Positions 38,823-52,636 are shown, counted from the first letter of the whole stretch. The stretch is DNA of 63,117 bases, filler included, from Choristocarpus tenellus KU-1152 (GCA_964200185.2; 9 parts of 9 records of this genome joined end to end with filler, not necessarily neighbours in it); one strand, 5' to 3'. Numbers and translations are program-made. Notes: generated from the sequence alone by a model not told the origin.

Positions 38823-41159
38823 ATGAAACCCCCACATCATGAAAAGAAAAAGATAGACCTTCTTAACATGGCCATGGGTAGTGACAGGGAGACTACAGGA
38901 GGCAATGCCGCCGACTCAGCCCCGTTGCTCGAGAGAGGTGGAGTGTTAGTGGAAGGCAGGAAAGCCTCTCTGGAGGATGGATACGAAAGGAATAGTTGCC
39001 AACAGATGGGGAACAGGAGTAAGGGAGAAATGAAAGTAGTGGTTCCTCGTGGACCAACCACGGACCCATTCGGGTTCGTCTGTGAGTGGATATCGATGCC
39101 AAAGTATGGGCACCAGTATGTTGTTTGTCCTGCCAATACGGGACGTCGCTGCTGCTTCAAGGGTGTGGAACTTAGCGTTGGGCCTCATTGGGGTGGTGTT
39201 CTATACACTATCAGCATTATAGCATTCGCGACCCTGTTCTTTACCCATCACATAATAGTTGGACTTCCAGTATGGTACTTAGCGGTAACTGTAGTGTCTT
39301 CTGCTGTCACGGTTGCATTTTTGCTAGCCACAGCGTGTACCGACCCAGGCATAGTGAGACAATCTGCCGATCGAAGGCCAGGTCTCCGCTTCTGCAAGGA
39401 ATGCTCCATCTGGAAGCCGGAGGGTGCGGATCACTGTGACGAGTGGTGAGTAATAGCAAGGGCTAGAGTTACATGTTGCTTCGTCTCTTTGTTATTGTAC
39501 TCCAATTTTCCTGGTAGTAAACCATCTCATCACAATTATCTGTAGGAAATGCATGGTCGTGCACTAGTTCAGAAGAAGATGTCATGTTGAACAGTACCAA
39601 CGCACATAGGGTTTCCTTTTGAGTCCTCCACAATGTTAGGAACTCCTAGATATCAATTTACACCGACTTTACAAGCGTGTTAGAAAATAATGCCTCGAAT
39701 GTGAGTCAAACACATGGCCTTACGAGCCTAGTCGCCGTATGGTATAGGTATTATCAATAGTACCACTACGAACTTGGTAATCAACAGGGTAGGAACCACT
39801 TTCTAGAGTACAGGGTATTCCTACGGGGAAGTATCGAACAGATATCAGACCTCTTTAGTATACTCGAGTGTTCAGTTTGCTCGGGATCATATTGTTAAAA
39901 CTGCCTCTCCTACTGCACCAATTGCCTGGTCTTGTGTGCCTATCATGGTAGTTGGTAAGGACGTTCCCATTTTAGAGCTTCATGATTATGGCATTCCCAT
40001 CATTGTGAATTTCACAAATGATTCACAACACGATCAAAATGACTTCCTGTGTTATTATCTGCCTTGCAAAACCCAAACAGCGGTTGAACCTCAGCCCCAC
40101 CCTCAGCATCCCATATCTCCCTGTGTGGAAGCAATTATTCTCAACAATGCAAGCTCAACGAGCACCCCAGCAATGCCTCACCACCCAATCAGATATGTTG
40201 TATCTGGCTTATTTGCAAGAGCAAGAATATTTCGTGGTGGGTTCCCCTTCATGTGACAAAATTTTCTAGTGTTTTCTGGTTCTACTATTGTGGGTATGAG
40301 TAGCAAATTGACTGTCTTTCGAGCTTTCAAGGCCACCCTTAGTTACAGACACAACAGTTGGAATCGTTCTAATCATATTTTTTCTTACTGTTGCCATCCC
40401 CTTTGTCAATAAATTTTCCGAAACATTGAATACAGTTAACTTTTCATTATTCTCACGACATTCACTAAAAGCACAATGATTTCGTGCTACCCATTCACAA
40501 AAGAAAATAAAATTTCTCTTGCCGATAGTGACTGTCTTTAGGGTCAGGGATATAACCCGAGGCACGATTATCTGAGTACTAGTATTACTGCGATGGCGTT
40601 CGCACTTCTCACACAATGTCAACTTGCATTTTTTTTTTTGTTCCACCTCCAGTGGCGTTTGTATCCAAGACCTGGATCACCATTGCCCATGGATGGGAAA
40701 GTGGTGAGTGCTGCACCCCAAACAAGTGAACTGTGAAGACCAGATTGAGCAAGTCTTCTTTGAGTTATCGGTATTGCTGAATTTGGTCCAGATATTGCTT
40801 AGGTCTTTTTTTAAGGTGCTGCACAGTTTGAGCTTTTGAGGACTCTCTCCAGTCAGCTTTGTTGCCCTTTTGCTGATGCCTATTGACGCTAAACGCAGCG
40901 GTTGGTACCGGCTCTTTTAAAAAAGAAATCAAATTGCCAATTGATCTGTCCACTCTAACCCTAAGTTTTCACCCACTGCTCTGTCAACAGCTTACCCTTT
41001 CTTCCCTTGTGTGTTGTGTTCCCTTGGCAATGCTAATCATTCAGTGTGGGGCGAGGAAACATGCTGTGGTTCAAGCTCTTCAATGCCACCTGGATATGTC
41101 TCTTGCTGTTTGTAATAGCAGCTGCTGTGCTCCACGAGGGGAAGCAAGATACTCTCTAA
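38823..41159 (+). CDS. DHHC-type protein S-acyltransferase (palmitoyltransferase)
   Basis: Exons 38823 (or 38868)-39445, 40653-40703, 41045-41159. Two TM helices, TDPGIV, then CKECSIWKPEGADHCDECGVCIQDLDHHCPWMGKCVGRGN (complete Cys-rich DHHC domain), one more TM helix and a stop. Confidence 0.93.
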
Positions 41160-42788
41160 ACCCCCTTTGCTTCTCCCTGGGTGATTAAACCATGCAGCTT
41201 CTGTGCTGCTGGCATTATGTACATATATTTAGTCCTTTTTTTTTGCTTGCATGGTGAATAGGGAGTATGCACACGCACGGCCTAGTGACAACTGTGTCCA
41301 ACTTGTAGGCTCGCTAATCGCAAATCGATTTCAAAGTTGTCATTCAATTTGTTGATAAGCAACTTGTGAACAGCACCTTGGCAGGCTTCTTGCTCTGAAC
41401 TGTAGTACTACGTCTGTCTGTAGATGTCGTGCACAGTCTGGTTGCCTTTCACCTTTCATTTATGTCTATTTCTAGAGATCTCGTCCCTTCTGTATCCATG
41501 GTACCCTCGACATTATTTGGCCTTTACATGGAGGTCCAGTGTTGAGACCATGTTGGAAGGCTTCCTGGTGGGTATGTTAGTGTACGATTTCCTTGGTGGT
41601 GTACGTAAGTGTCATGATAGATGATAGATGCTTGAAGAGGCGACGGTGGGTTCTTTTGGAAGTGGATGGCCATGCTAACAGTCGTCACATTGCCAACGGA
41701 CACAATTGTAACTGTAGCAACTGCATGGAGTGGAAGACAGGATACGCAAGTCAACTATTTGAAGCGATTTTTGTTGCACTTGTGTGAGATTCTCTCCCAC
41801 ACTCTGGGTGCTTAGGTTGAGAGGTACTTTTCTGAGTCCTGCCTTAAAGTTGGTGCTCAACTTTGCGGTTAAGACTGCTGGCCAGGAAGTAACCCATAGG
41901 TGATCCCCAGTGATCGAAATCACGGTAAAATCATATTTTTCCTTCCATTATTTTGAGTATTGGGAAGTGGATACCCTGTTACGAGTTCTCAGATATTGTA
42001 ATAGCCAACTATACTCCCAGATATTCATTTTTGGTTCTTTTCTCATACGATATGTCGTATAGTTTGAGGCATGTTTCCCTTGCAAATGTTATCATTGTGT
42101 CATCTTCAGGGGGAGATGAGGCCTGCCCACTTCCCCCCCGACACATTTTCCCATTTTTTTCCTCGAGCATGACTGGCTTCTCCTTGTCTCTTACCTTGCC
42201 CCAATTTCTGGTGGATCTTCCAGCCCCCTTTCATCTGGAGAGTGACGTCTGCTTGTTTCGCAATATGCATGTCTTTCGATGTATGATTCATCACTCTTGC
42301 TTGGGACTTGTTACATATGTCCGACCAGTGGGTTCTAAGGCAGACTAGGGTGATCAGCAAGTTTTGCTGGTTGCCGTACTTCATACTCAGACTCCCTCCT
42401 TGTGATCCCAATGATATGTGCTTGTGCGATCTAATTCTTACACTCACTGATGAGAAGGAATTTCAATAGTATTGTTGTAGCGCTCAGAATAGTAAAGTTT
42501 TTTCATCTATTTGCTACAAGCTCTCTCCTCAAATTCTCGAATATCCCTCCCCATCACCAGTATAGCCCCACACACCAGTCTATCTACCGATATCACACCC
42601 ACCGCCACCACCCCTTTCCATCGTTACACCTCCTTCCTCATCCAAAATGTTTTGCAGTTAAGGAACCATGAACTTTCTCATCTCCACAAAAATCAATTTT
42701 TTAAATTGACCAAATTCTGAAACAGCACATGAAACCGTTCTATGCCATCAACTTGTGGACTAATTTAGAGCACCGTTTCGTAATGTCA

Positions 42789-44575
42789 ATGGGATCCGCT
42801 GTGTCGACCACGGTGACGAAGATTGTAAAATTCTTGGTTGAAGACGAGATCGAGATTGTTGAGAATGGGAAAGATGAAGTGGCTAAGGAGGTCGACCCCA
42901 GACGCCGCAATTCGCTTATGTATTTCATGCAAGAGTGGCAGCGTGCAAATGATTTTCCTCAGCAGGAGGCCACCATGAATGAGGTAAAAAGTCAGATTCC
43001 TGGAGAGAGGGGGGGCTATAGTTGTTGTACTGCGGTTGAGTATTGTTTGACTGGTTAGTAACAAATGTCAATAATAGCAGGTGAAGAGATACGCTCAGAT
43101 GGAAAAGAAAGGTGTAGCGGAAGAAGATCCAGTGTCTGCAAAACTCAACAAGGTCCCGATTGGGATCACACTTGGAAATATGAGACTACTGCGGGATGCC
43201 GTCATCGCAAAGTGGAAAGGCATTAATCGCAGCTACGAAGGTCCCTTGATGGGAGAAACAGTGCTGCACAGAGTGTGTCGAGAGGGGTGAGACTTAGTTT
43301 CTGTATTGTTGACGAAGTGCTCAACTCCATACATCAACATGGTGATAAGCTGCATGGTCGAGAGTAGTAGTGGATCGACCGGCTCATGTTCTTCATTTTG
43401 ATTTTGTGCGTACTATGCCGAAAATAGGTATCTGCAAGCCCTGAAGTACATGATCGATCCCGCCACAAAGCCATCGTCCGAGACGACAAAACTCGACCCA
43501 CACATACTGAATACAAGGAAGAGGACACCACTAATGCTCTGCTTCACTAGCCCTCAGTTCACCGAGATTGCGAAAGAGTTCGGCCTTCGATTCGATGAAG
43601 AATTGGGGGTCGGCATCCCCAATGCCCAGCGCCCGAAAGCAGCTCAGGTGCAACCATCTCTCGACCATCAGCAACCCTACAGTACAGTACAGTACAGTAC
43701 AGTAAAGTACAGTACAGTAAAGTAATGCAGAGTATAGAACAGGACAGGGAGTTGGATTCAGTTTCTCAAGTTTGCACCTGAAAAGTCGTACTAGTGGTAC
43801 TAGTGAATAGTTAAGCTTGCACGTTACAATTGGTCTAATTGTGTGTCAAGACCTCAGCACCAGATCGCACTGTATGGTAGTGTCCCCTCACTCTTCTTGA
43901 AGTTCCTACCAGTAGTGATGCTTCATAACAGATGATGAGTGAGGAAATCTTGGATACCATTTGTAGCACCTCCCAAATTGATGGACCATCCATCACAGTG
44001 GTGACTACTGCGGGATGGGTAACAGTTCTGTTCCTCAGGCTCAACTTGCTCTTGATGACCCCCAAGTTCCTCAAGTCCACCAACAGAAAAGATCTGCAAT
44101 CAATCCGCAAATTGGATATTTTTTTACCCATCAGGGGCACAACACCTCATTCAACCTGCTCTATCCTCCCGAACAATTCGAGTTCGACATCAGCATACAC
44201 TATCAGTACATTCCTGTATTGTGTTTTTTACAATGTGACTGCCCAGAAGGTGACCCTGACATCCAACTACAGGCTTACATTAGAAACTCATTAAAATGAA
44301 AGGGACAGACCACCCCAGAGTCTTGAACAGAAATGTGAGGGGGTTTGGAGTTCGAAAATGATTCAGAGAGACAGTCTCCTCAGTCTCATCTGAGACTTCG
44401 AGAGAGGTAGTGTAGCCCTGTTTTCAAGCATCAGTATCACCTTCAATCCTACTCAGAATGTACAGCCAACACTGACCATGAACTATCATTCGAAATGATA
44501 GGAGTGCTGAATTGACCTCAAGCTTACCAAGCATAAATCGGGAGGCATCATGATGACAATGACTTCCTTGGTCAG

Positions 44576-44618
<43 letters not shown>

Positions 44619-47093
44619 CTTTGCATGTGAAGTATGCTTTATGTTCTTGTTGGGGGGTGGTGGTGTTATATCCTCCTCTAGATTCCTGTGTTAGTCTCCA
44701 GATGTGCCCAACCCCATCATGGGTTAACAGGCAGTTGCTTTTTCTCCAAAGGCAAGGGAATTTCTTAACGTAGCAAGCCTCCAGCTGGCCACTGAGTGCA
44801 CTCTTGTTCCTTTGCTTCCCATTACAATGATTAGTGAAAATTCCAAATGTAATGCCTATGTGTGTTCAATTGATCGAATTTGTTTTGCTTGAAATATGTT
44901 TGGTTGTACTATATTTTGAATTGTACTGGGGGATCGAGAAATAGTCCTTCATTACATTGTGCTTCAGATATCTCCACCTCTTTTTTACAAAGAGGGAACT
45001 AGATCGATTCAGCCACAAAATCACTGATGATTGTTCTAGGGATATCAAAGTGTTCTCTGTGATTGAATTGGTAAACTCTCAACATGTCTGAAGAGCAAGA
45101 ACACTACCTCCTGGTTCCCAGCGCAGACAGATCAAGACTGGATGCAACCAGGGCAGCAAAGTGATCGGGAGGAGATGGTTCGCATCTTGGTTGAGGATTT
45201 AGGTGCAAGCATAGAGGCATTAGACATGCATGACTACAGGTGTGTTAGTTAAGAGTCTTACCACTCAGTGAGTGCTGCTGTGACTAGGAATGTTAGCGCA
45301 AACCTTGTGCATGTATGCGCAGCACTCCAGTTTGCACAGTAGTTAGAGGGGACGGGAGGGAGGGGGGGTAAAAACTCACTTATCAACAGGTTATAACATA
45401 ACGTCGGTTGCAACTCTTGCCAAGATCAGACCTGCATACAGTCAGTATCTTTCTCCAGTAGTGACAGAGAAACTATCAAAACATTTGGCAGTGTCTTACA
45501 CTATGCAGCAATAAATGGATGGGAAAAAACCTTGGAGCTGCTGCTGCGAAAAGGAGCGGACGCTCAGCACGTATGTATTACCGGAGAAACCTCACTTCAC
45601 TTTGCAGTGGCATTCCAACACATCAATGCTGCGAAGGTACTCCTTAAGGAGTGCAAAGATCTCATCAACGAAGCAGACCAAGTGAGTGTACTTCATCCTC
45701 TCTATACAACATACTGAGTTGAAGTACTCTGTATGATGTAACAAGCAAGTGTTAGTAATGCCTTTACCACCTGAAGTAGGAGGGTGGTGGAAACTCCTCC
45801 TTTATGCACCTACTTTGCCCATAGTGTTTGCTTGGAGGGTCAATGCGCAGTACCTCCTTGATGACACATATAGATGTATGTAAGGTATGTGCTTTGAAGA
45901 GGTGGAGAGCGTTTTGCACGATATAGTTTTCATGTGTTGGGCAGCTCAAAAATGATCCAACTTGCGTAAAAACAGAATATCATACCACTCAATGGCAATC
46001 CATGCGATTAATTGAAGTTATATATGTCTTGTCCATAACCGCAGGTCAACTGTGTGTATCAGCTATGTCAACTAGTAGTTGTGTGAGAAGGAGAAACTAT
46101 GGATTTTAGAGGGACAAGGCTACTTTTCGTAGTGCTCTATGCTCTATGAGCTATGTCGGACAAGTCATGCATCCAATAGCACAAAAAAATAAATCAAAAG
46201 TGTCTTCTACTAATAAATTAAGTACTCCATAATATAGTAGTGTATGTGTATGTATCAGTACACCAATCATTATATAAACATACAGAGTTTCATTTGCAAA
46301 CCAAAGCAGATTTATTTTTATGGGTCTTTTTCTTTTTTGTGCTAAGAGGTCTTAAGCTGGATGTAGTTAGCATCTGCTCATACCCTACTGAGTTATATCA
46401 TGTATAATATTTAACTGGAGAGAGTGGCCCAAAGGTCGAAAGTTTGCTCAGGGGTTAAAACTGGAGAGAGTTATATCATGTAAACTTTCCTTTTCTTGAG
46501 ACCTTGTTGAGGTGAACGGATGTTCTGTAGTGCAAGACACTATTGCTTGAGGAAGACGTGCAAACCTCTCTGTGCCTTGATTTAGTAATTTTTTGTGCAT
46601 TCCAATGAACAAGGTCTGCTTCCTTCAGCACGTTTTAGTTGATTTGGTGCTGCCTCTGAACAGTATCATCACCGCTCTTATTCCGTGCAAGATGGTGACA
46701 CAGTTTTTAGGTGCAGGACACTTTCCACATGCGAGGTGATTTATTTTTTTTTGTCTTATCAGGAATCTGTCTTACATGAACCACCCCAAACATACAAGTA
46801 GAATCAAGCAGTTGGGGTTAGGGTTAGGGTTAGGGTTAGGCTCATGTGTCAGGCTCAAGTGTTTGGCATCAGTTCTGAGAGGCAAAGTACTTGCATCACC
46901 TTTTACTGAAGGAAAATGAAAAATGGCCATGTGCAGTCGCCCTCCCCATGTCAAATACGACCTTGCGTTTGTGTTCACTTCAATCTTCTAACCCTATCCC
47001 TATACTCTTTTCAGTTTAGCCACAGATAATCTAACTACGCACCCACAAGTGTGTGTATGTTCCATTCGTGGCTACAACATAGGCAGAGGAAGA

Positions 47094-47136
<43 letters not shown>

Positions 47137-47408
47137 GACAGACTTCAACCAAGCACTCCAGCATCCAGATTACAAAGCAGCCGACCGAATCAGGCTCTCT
47201 CACATACACCAACTCCAATTCTCGTTGCGCGCAGGAAGGGGATCGTGCGATTTACCTGGCCATTCGGAACAGAGACTATAAGATGGTTGAGTTTCTCATT
47301 GAACACGGCGCTGACATCAATACACCGAACTATAGTTGCTTCACACCACTCAAGACCGCATGCAAGCAGCAAGACTTCGTAATGGTCAACTTACTGCTGG
47401 ATCGCAAG
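42789..47408 (+). CDS. Ankyrin-repeat protein with a predicted N-myristoylation motif, 3'-truncated
   Basis: Exons 42789-42983, 43081-43286, 43428-43647, 45127-45239, 45492-45681, 47235-47408 with consistent phases. ANK motifs GETVLHRVCREG, RTPLMLC, SVLHYAAING, GETSLHFAVAF, GDRAIYLAIRN, FTPLKTACKQ. The N-terminus MGSAVS fits MGxxxS if the 42789 ATG is used; upstream in-frame ATGs exist. Confidence 0.9.
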
Positions 47409-47736
47409 GTTAGCGTCAAAAACGGACGCTGGCACCCCCCCCCCCCAGATACTTTGATCCTGGCAACACCCTGGTGTCCAATTCGGAAAGGTCTCTGTAC
47501 CCCTTACTCCCNNNNNNNNNNNNNNNNNNNNNNNNNNNNNNNNNNNNNNNNNNNNTTAATTAATTAANNNNNNNNNNNNNNNNNNNNNNNNNNNNNNNNN
47601 NNNNNNNNNNNCTTCTTTGAGTGCTTTATCACTTGATTCCTCCTTAAGCCCCTCCCCCCCCCTGTTACCTACCTCCTTTGCCTCGAATTATGTCCGGGTT
47701 TAAATTGGTGTTTGTGGGTGCTGCTCCTTGGCGTAG

Positions 47737-50632
47737 GACATGGAGTTGCTCATGGCAAAGTGCCTTGCGGCCATCTCGAGGAAGACGGAAGTACAGGTGA
47801 GAGCTTTTGCGGTGTTGATAGTGTGTATGAAGGCTTTATTTAGTTGAAGGTGCTGTGGGCTGGGCTGGGCCGTCTGTTCCCCCATCTGCGTTGGCTACTA
47901 TACTTTGTCTTCTGAGTGTTGCCTTACCTTCCATTCTTAGGTTGCTGATATATATATATACATACGTTTATTAATTCAAATGTATACATATAATCTATGT
48001 ATACATATTGCTGTGATTCCAACCTGTATCGGATGCCTGTGTTCTCGAATCAACAGCCATGAGTTTTCATTCTACCTCTTGAAAACTGGATGCCTGTGTT
48101 CTCGAATCAACAGCCATGAGTTTTCATTCTACCTCTTGAAAACGCCGCAGCAACAACAAAACCTATTCAAGTGCGTTGGTTCTTCGATCCTTAATTTCTG
48201 TTCTTTGATTCTGTTCTTGTTTTCTGATATTGTTTTTTGTTATTGAATACCTTCTCCAGAGGCGTTCTATTCTGACAGGAGAGCCGAACAAGATTACTAT
48301 CATGATGTCTGCACCAAGGCCGCTCTCTGCTGGTGATGTTATGTTTGCGGTGGGAAAGCTCGCGCGTGCGGCGGGCATAGAGCCATCGGTGAGACGGACA
48401 AGTTTATCGGGTGGGGTGTGTGAGTGAGTGTGTGTGTGAGTGTGAGTGTGAGTGTGAGTGAGTGTGAGTGCGTGTGTGAGTGTGTGAGTGAGTGTGAGTG
48501 TGAGTGTGAGTGTTTTTTGTGTTGATTTTGTGTTGATTTTGTCCCGCGTGTTGACCGTCAGGAACTGTCGTTTCAACGGCGACTAGAAATTTCCCGCGGA
48601 AATTTATTCATTTTTTTTTTTCCCTCATTTTTTAAGAATGGGACTGGTATTGATTTAAAAAAAATATATATATGTAAGTGAATTATTGGGATAATGGTTT
48701 TGAATAGTTAGTTTTCTGTGTTTCGGAATGGCGACAACGGCATTCGTTTTGAAATTGGAGAGTACTTTTAACAGTACTGTTAGGGAAACTCTGAGTATAT
48801 ATATTGCTTGTTCTTTGAGCACGACATAATCCACATCACTCCGGTTGGCATGCAGTTCGATCAAGGAGAAGACAGAATGCGTTCCAGACTACCATGGCGG
48901 AAGAACGCAAAGAAAAGGAAATCAGACGAACATCTATTGCAGCCCTTCCATGATCAGTATCCCTTATATTTTGATGAGGTTCTTCTGGAAGATGGAAGGC
49001 TTCTGGAAGATGGGAGGCAATTTCTGGTTCACATATCATCCAGGATCTTTGTAGACGCAGATTTCCAAGTGGTTGATTGATCAGCAGGTGGTTCAATTGA
49101 TGTCTGCAGATAATCACCCCGATGATTCAACAAATTCCCTTACCTAACCGCCAACCCCGCCTGTTTCCCAGACTTCACGTGTACCCCGAAGGTCTCTCAT
49201 ATCACCGCCAGTGGTGTCGTCTACAAAGATCCTGGATGATTTGTGAACCAGAAGTTTCCTCCCATCCTCTAAATCGACCTCAAATGATAAGGGATCTTAT
49301 CTTGGTCATGGAAGGGCCGGGCCGCCAATAGATGTTTCGTCTGATTTCGTTCTCTTTGTATTCTTTTGCCATGAAGCTCTGAAGACGATTTGTGATATTC
49401 TGGAACGTACTCTGTCTTCTCCTTGATCAAACTGTATGCCAACCAGAATGATGTGGCGTATGTGGTGCCCAAAGTACGGGCAAATCAACTCAAGAGGTTT
49501 CCTAAAAGTGCTATAAAAGTGCCTTCCCACTTAAGAACGATTGCCGTCGTTGCCACTGTGAAACAGATGGAAACAAGCTGACAGTTTCTTTTTAATGAAG
49601 GGGAGCAGGGAGACCCACAGGAGGCAAGGGCAAAGAGAGAGACAAGTCAAGAGGGAGGGAAATCCCTTGGAAGATCACTCAGAAAAGGAGTGGACAAGTG
49701 GTAACAGGGATGAGGGGGGTTTGGCAAGGTTCCCTCAAACCACGTGATCTTACTTCAAGTAGATGTTACCTTCAACATGCAAGAACAAATGTCGTATGAA
49801 TATCAGATTCTTCAAGATGAGTTGTTACCTTCAGGGTATACATTCTGTGGAACATTATACATGATTGTTTTGACGATAATTATGAAGTAGATTTGGAAAT
49901 GGAGAGACTGTTGAGCTCTAGTGATTCGCCGTGGACAATGTACAGGCTGATATTGCCTCATCCCCCTGATTTGTCTGCTTACTGTTGATGTGTGTTGGTC
50001 ATCTCAGGTGGGGAAGATCAGTGTGGCTAAGGAAACCACCAAGGCTGTATTTGACATGCCTACAAAGGTAGCGGAGACTCTTCTGGGGTTCACGAGCAGT
50101 CAGAACCTAGAGAGTATTTCCTTCCAAGTATGTCAGGAGATACCACCTCTTCAGGATGAGGTATGTGTGTTTGAGGCTTGATACATGCATACCTTTTTGT
50201 CATAGGCAGGTGTGCAAGATGGTTTGTCTTGTCAAAACTCACACAATTTTTTTTTATTGTGTGACAATGGGTGAAGAGGAGCTATGTTTAGTGTTGGGCA
50301 GGGATTTAACGGTATGTGCAGGAAGGATGACCCAAGTGTATCATGGTATTTGGTTGGTTTGATATTGAGAACTGCATACCATTGTATCATCTAGTTTACA
50401 TTACGTCAAGCTTTCTGTACCCCCTCCCCCCAGTCCAGTGTGTGTTCCAAAGCTGTGTGTGTACTCTCTATAATGTGGAAATTGAAAATAGTGCTAATGG
50501 TACACACCACATCAATCGTTACATTCTGTCTTTATTCCTCACTCTTGGTTTTGTTATCACCCCCCCTTCCCTCTCTCTTAATGTCCAGGGACGCATGGGC
50601 CGTGGGGGTGGCTACTTTGATGGAGGGGGGGG
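47737..50632 (+). CDS. C-terminal part of a DDX21/RH3/RH7-type DEAD-box RNA helicase (GUCT domain plus RGG tail)
   Basis: Phase-0 exons 47737-47796, 48260-48388, 50008-50160, 50589-50632: LLMAKCLAAIS..RRSILTG....TIMM..VGKISV....AVFDMP..VCQEIPPLQD-GRMGRGGG. Confidence 0.85.
48031..48143. repeat. 57-bp tandem duplication (intronic)
   Basis: ggatgcctgtgttctcgaatcaacagccatgagttttcattctacctcttgaaaac at 48031 and 48088. Confidence 0.92.
48716..49566. repeat. Long diverged inverted repeat (arms about 340 bp, loop about 160 bp) in a helicase intron
   Basis: 48716-49057 matches the reverse complement of 49218-49566; the innermost atcatccaggatctttgtagacg is a perfect match. Confidence 0.9.
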
Positions 50633-51586
50633 NNNNNNNNNNNNNNNNNNNNNNNNNNNNNNNNNNNNNNNNNNNNTTAATTAATTAANNNNNNNNNNNN
50701 NNNNNNNNNNNNNNNNNNNNNNNNNNNNNNNNGGATAATGTAAACACACTTTTCCTGTTTTTGTCCCAAATGGGCCCCCTAGTGTAGAGCCCCCCCCCCC
50801 CCCCACCCCTCAGATACTTTGGGTCGCAGTTGAAACGTTAATCGTGGTTCTGTGGATGGGTCTGGTGTCCTGAAAAATGCCTGCTAGTTGAGGGAGTTTG
50901 ACTGGTGCATTAACAGCATACCGCATTATGTATGGGGTTTTGTTGTGTGTACTAGTACTACAAACACGTATATATAATTAGTGGTTTTCAATTATTCTAT
51001 GCAGGATCCTTGCAGTATCAGTATCAGTATCAGTATTCCTGCAGTTTCCCTGCAGTGTGTTTTCGATTTGATTGACGAGCTCCAGGTCAGGGCCACGCTA
51101 CAGCTGAACCTACGGCTAGGGGTAGGGTAGGGCTGGGGATAGGGCTAGAGCTAGAACTAGGGTTATCCCTCATTATGAGCAATCTATATAGACTGCATCA
51201 ATCCATTTGTTTGCATTGGTTGTTCGTGCTTTATTCGTGTTGGCACCTACAGCAGAGGCAAAAACAATATCTCCCAGAGTAACTTCTGTATGTATGTAGG
51301 AATATGTGGAGATGACTTTGTACTATAGTTCATTAATGCAGTACAGTAAACGTCACCAACATATGTTTGCATATTCGAGTAATGGTTGGTTGTCGTTATT
51401 ACCCCCCCCCCTAACAATGACCACCCCTCTCTTACGCCTGTTTTGCGAGCTGTGATAACCAGCAGGTCGAAAGAGAGGTCCTAGGTGTTGGAGCTAGCTA
51501 GCTGTGGCACAGGAAATAAAGGCAACTTCAGGGTGGGGTGTCCCTAACCGGACCAGTCGAGGGGTCAGGATAGTGGAGCTTACATT

Positions 51587-51777
51587 AACCTGCTAGAGTT
51601 ATGGCATGGAAGAAGCTCCAAATATCCACACCTGGCCAAATTTGATCCCATATTTTAGCCATTCCTGGTACACGAACAGACTTGGAACGCACGTTTTCAA
51701 CAACTGGAAATACAGCGATTGCTAAATGCGACAGGCTGGACTCAGAACATATTTCCCTATTCAGTCTATAGATTAAG
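51587..51777 (+). mobile_element. Degenerate hAT transposase C-terminal dimerisation domain
   Basis: NLLELWHGRSSKYPHLAKF, then a frameshift, then ILAIPGTRTDLERTFSTTGNTAIAKCDRLDSE. This fits the W..YP.LA..LAIPA....ER.FS..G......RL consensus. Confidence 0.75.
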
Positions 51778-52636
51778 GTGGATGCTTTAGAGACGGCAAT
51801 AAAAGGCAACAGGAACTTGTAGCCACGTTGTACACCAACAGATAGTAGATGTATCAACCTAAAAAATAGATATTCATGATTCCTTCTTCCATAATGCCGA
51901 TCTTGACAACACCTCAATACATATTTTCCTTCCAAACATCAAAAGATACATGTAAAAATTAGTCTCTCAGACGACACATCAGAGTGTATAAAATAGAGAG
52001 CAAATAGCACCCAAATGAAGATTCAGCTTGAAAACGTTTAGCCTCTAGAGGAATTTTCAAGTGGCAAGACGGTTTCCTTCAGGTGCTCCATCCCACTTTG
52101 TACTCAATGCCCACGTTTTATGATTGAGTATACTCAGAACTTTCGAGTTAATGTAACTCAAGCTCATAAAGCATTTCCATTCACAACACTATGGATTTTA
52201 GACCTGTGTGTAAGGTTTCATTTTCAATTCAGATGGAAGCCCCTACATTGAATGGACAGTTTTATGCCCCTTGGAGTTTCTCCTTGTAACTTTTGCAGCA
52301 TACATTGGAACGTATTTTTGGTACAGCATGCCCTTCTTGTTGTCTACTTAAATCCAGTCCAGAGAAAGCATTGCTATTCCTCCTCTTGTTTGCCATGCGA
52401 GAAGTTTAAATGGCATATACTGCTCAATTTGGCTGAAGGAAAATGGTGAAAGCAGACCAGCACAATTTACAAATGGATGCCAAATGGGACTTTCCATGTT
52501 CAGATATGTACTTTATCCTTCTCTACAACCTCATCATGCCCAGGAGAGATTGTTGTATCACATTATATGCCCAAATAAAATTTCCAGATGTCGACAAGAA
52601 CAACAGAGTTTATAGTATTGCATAGAAATCAAATTA

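Noticed and set aside
41420-44580. Possible LINE remnants after the DHHC gene and in ankyrin intron 3
   Set aside because: No RT or endonuclease motif could be read with confidence.
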